Positions 60,592-64,000 of a stretch of DNA of 64,000 nucleotides are shown here, in pieces. Both the position numbers and the translations under genes were made by a program. Source of the stretch: Fimbriosthenelais zetlandica (lineage: Eukaryota); NCBI GenBank assembly GCA_977030845.1, contig OZ365115.1, positions 31,434,001 through 31,498,000 of the forward strand. The letters run 5' to 3'. Numbering within the stretch: the stretch's first letter is position 1; each line of letters begins with the position of its first letter. The notes below the pieces were generated by a model, which saw only the letters and a program-made list of their open reading frames with translations, made no database searches and was not told the DNA's origin.

Positions 60592-63500
60592 GGTTGGAAG
60601 CGGTATTAGAAAGTAAACATAAGTGCCATAAATTACATTGGACTAGGGGAGCGATTGCTGGCTAATGAATTTTGCTTGTCTTTGAAGTCCGTCTTGGCAT
60701 GTATATATCAGCCTGAAGGTGATCAAGGATCCATGTAAGCCTACATAGGTAAGATATTATCACTGACAGTCTTCACCCACACCTGAGCAGGTATCTATTA
60801 TGTCGGTGGGTCTCTAGGATGAAGTCATCCCATCCAGAACATTAGAGGTGTTATTCACGCCTAAGCTGTTACGAAAACACAATTCATGGGTGAAATTGAG
60901 TTTGTTCTTCGCAGTTGTACATCGGAATGTTAACCGCAGAGCAAAGCGTTTACATTCGAGATTCCCATGATACATGTATGCCCTCCAGCGTTGAGGAGAA
61001 GGCCAATATTTAACTTTCTCATTGCCGAATACAGTTTTTATCAATGTTGACTATTAAAGGCATTTATATCACTATTTAGAAGAATGTGTCACTGCAGCAC
61101 CACATAGAGGTGGACAAATATTTGGCAAGGCTCAGGATGCCTGTTGGCTCCGCTACGCTTTGCCCTTGGGTATCCATGAGCCCAGAAACAAAAGCTACCA
61201 ATTGTGGACGAAGGTGTCAAAGGCCTCAGGGCTGACTCAGGCTGCGATAAAGTTGCGATTTCACATGTGTAGCAAGAAAAATCGGTGGAATATGGTCTTA
61301 ACCCAGCCTCAGCTGTGAGGGTATCTAGTAACAAGTACATAAAGTAGTCGGCCCGGTTCTCCCTTGTATTTTGGCGTGACAACAATGAAACCACATGTGG
61401 AGGAGTCAAATGTCCTACATAAGAAATAGTCTGAAACACTCAAAGCTAAGTGAACGAATAAAAAGAGCTCTTTTATTATGTTCCCTCTCAATATCTATAT
61501 TGCGAGCTCAATATTCATCTGGTCGCTGATCCATGCATGGTGAGACGTAGATTTGGTACAGTGCTGTGAAATCCATCATTTTCTTCTTCACGCTTGTTAT
61601 TTCCATCAATGAGATCTCCAGCTTTGATAAAGGAGGTGTGCATTTGACTGACTACTAGTGGGTTAACAAATGACAAAGCTACTTTTGTTTAACAATGATA
61701 ACTCTGACATCTGGCGAACCAGTTTGAAGATCTTTCAAGAAGAGAGAACCAAAACACTTTTCAAGGAGCTAAAAAATTAAAACTGGGATAATTGTGCGAG
61801 TATAATTTAAAGGACCTGCAAGCAACCAGTCCGTGGCAGCCCTCCAATTGACGGTCAAATATGGGCCAGATTTTAAATTCAAATCAAGAATAAAAATGAA
61901 ATATTCCTGAACAAACCCACCAATCCACTCTAGCCTATCTATACACATATTTAAAGCACACATGATAAACTTGACTGGTTTTCTTTCTCCGCCCGTTAAT
62001 CTCGCAGCAGGCCATGTCAAGGTTCTTAATCGTTCAATGTTCACCAGCAGGTCCTCACAACTCAGTTTACCTCTCTGTACTTTCTACCACGAGGTTGCAC
62101 TAAACTGACATTTTCTGGTTTTAGATCAATTCTTTAATAGAAATACATACCAAACTCTGGAAATATATCACTAAACTCTGATAAATGGAGAAATATCAAC
62201 CGATGGAATAAAATGGAAAGGATGTTATTTAGAGGTGTATAAACCGATTAAAAATCGATGTAAAAATGAACTGGTGTAACTCAAGCATAAAGCAGCTAGA
62301 GTCATGTACTTTATATGGATATTTTAACAGTTGATCCAGGGTGAGGGACGGCTGATGGCTGGTCTCTCAACTAATAGCTCTACTCAGGTGACTGCCCCTG
62401 ATGACCTTCGTCAATAGCTTTCTCTATTTGAACTTTTTTATTTTTATTTGAGGCCAACTGATTTGTATAAACAGCAAGTAAATCATCTCAAAAGGCTCCA
62501 AGTGTTGCATTTTTGTTTTTGGATTATTTATATTCATGAGTCATGTGTTTGTGAGTTTATATGAACCAGAATTATTTTTCGCGTGAATAAGAAAGACTTA
62601 ATCTTTTGTTCTTGTATAATACTAGTAGGGAAATGGCAAATAACGTGTCTGTCGAATTAACAAAATATAAAGCCTTAAAGGCTAATCAAAGATATATTCC
62701 AATTAATATCCAACATGAAGACTAAAACCGTGAAAACTGTCAAATATAAACAAGAATCTCAACAAATTAAGATTATAGAACAGATACAGGGTTATTTCCC
62801 CAAGCGGAGAATGTCAAAGAGTTGTGTAATACAACGACAAATCACCTTAAAACTCAAACCCGAAGACTTTATGTTGACCTGAACAGATCTCTAAAGGATT
62901 TTAAGACAGGGACAAATCTTCACATCTTCACCATTTGTAACTGTCAAGCCTCCATTGGTGGTCTGAAACACTGCTGTAAAACTGAACAAAAAATCCCCAA
63001 CAAAGAGAAGCCAGCGTTACAGGACATTTATCTCAAGAGAGATTTCGAATTCTCTAAGCTTTAAACATCTTATTTTTTTCTTGCCAAGATGCATTAGCTC
63101 CACGTGCAGGAAAGTGTAAATTAGATTGTATGTACATAAACTTTAGTCAGATATCAAATAGCCCCATCCCTGAAGTACGTCTTTTTCTTCGAAAATCTCT
63201 GCAGGTTTTGGATCAGCAGCCATGCATTAGGCATCCAGGCAAATAAATATTAAATTTTCTTCACAGAATCAGTCATGTAAGTAAATGGAGAAGGGTTTTT
63301 TCATTGAGTATGAATGAAGACACGAGGAGGGACAAGTTTGTATGTATTCCTGTGAAATATTGGGTAATAAATTGTACTTCACTGACGTTTCAGGAAGTAG
63401 TCAAAAAGAAATATATCAGAACACAATAAAAAGATTAAATGGAACATGTACAGGGAAAACTAGTTCCAATACAGATGCCCTCAACTTTCTCACCGTTTTT

Positions 63501-64000
63501 CTAATTCTCTCACCCCCTCCCTCTCTTCCTTCTCTTTGTCTCTAACTCACTTTTCTCATCCCTCTTTGTCTCTCCCCCTCTCTCTTTCTGGGAAAACCCA
63601 CCAAAACGAAAAAAATAGGACAAATGGGAAGCTACCACAGAACAAAAGAATGTTTGTTGTAATTAGTGAGTTGTTAATCATGCCATTCATTGTAGCATAT
63701 AGCCATGGTGCAGAGTGAATGACAAAGTAAGGTTGATGGATGATGTAGCCGGTATAATCACAATAATCATCACTCATCCATACACAGTGTCAACTGTCCT
63801 ATACATGTATCATACCCCCATACTACATAATACACCTTCTCACTCCATAGAATACACACTCAACTTCCTATACACCTCACACAATACTCTATTTGATAGG
63901 AAGCTCAGGGTTTCAATTTGATAGTTGATTATATTCATAGTCTCAACATTGTATATGATTTCATATCTTGCCCTGGGAGGATAACATCAGGTTTTGCATT

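Noticed and set aside
61089-61491. Frames hinting at hAT dimerisation, tyrosine-recombinase or CARD motifs
   Set aside because: Several mutually exclusive weak resemblances; none has its diagnostic residues intact.
1-64000. Six-frame ORFs of 60-156 aa as protein-coding genes; CRISPR arrays, operons, rRNA, intact tRNA or snRNA
   Set aside because: No ORF has a recognisable domain or consistent coding character, and the lengths look like background for AT-rich DNA. No repeat-spacer array or intact structural-RNA signature was seen.

Overview
This is not a prokaryotic locus. It is AT-rich animal genomic DNA with (GA)n microsatellites, purine tracts, CpG-retaining patches, one 128-N scaffold gap and recurrent TACATGTA words. 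A marine invertebrate such as an echinoderm is my guess, but the sequence alone cannot prove it. I found no intact protein-coding gene, rRNA, intact tRNA, CRISPR array or intact transposon; the ORF track (all <=156 aa) looks like non-coding background. The window reads as a long intron or gene-poor regulatory region. What it supports: (1) three short minus-strand candidate exons with strong splice signals (59735-59790, 30591-30651, 23371-23410), two of them with stops in all frames; (2) minus-strand polypyrimidine-AG|GT junctions (939, 13359, 30591; weaker at 43606, 55493, 59791) resembling recursive-splicing ratchet points, which is my best candidate for an undescribed system but is unproven and may be chance; (3) two good plus-strand exon-like segments (15231-15301, 54063-54124), so pseudo-exons cannot be excluded on either strand; (4) about nine compact transcription-factor motif clusters; (5) a tRNA-Ala-derived remnant, a probable solo piggyBac-type end and faint retroelement fossils; (6) tandem, palindromic and G4-type repeats. 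All motif and homology calls were made by eye and need computational confirmation.
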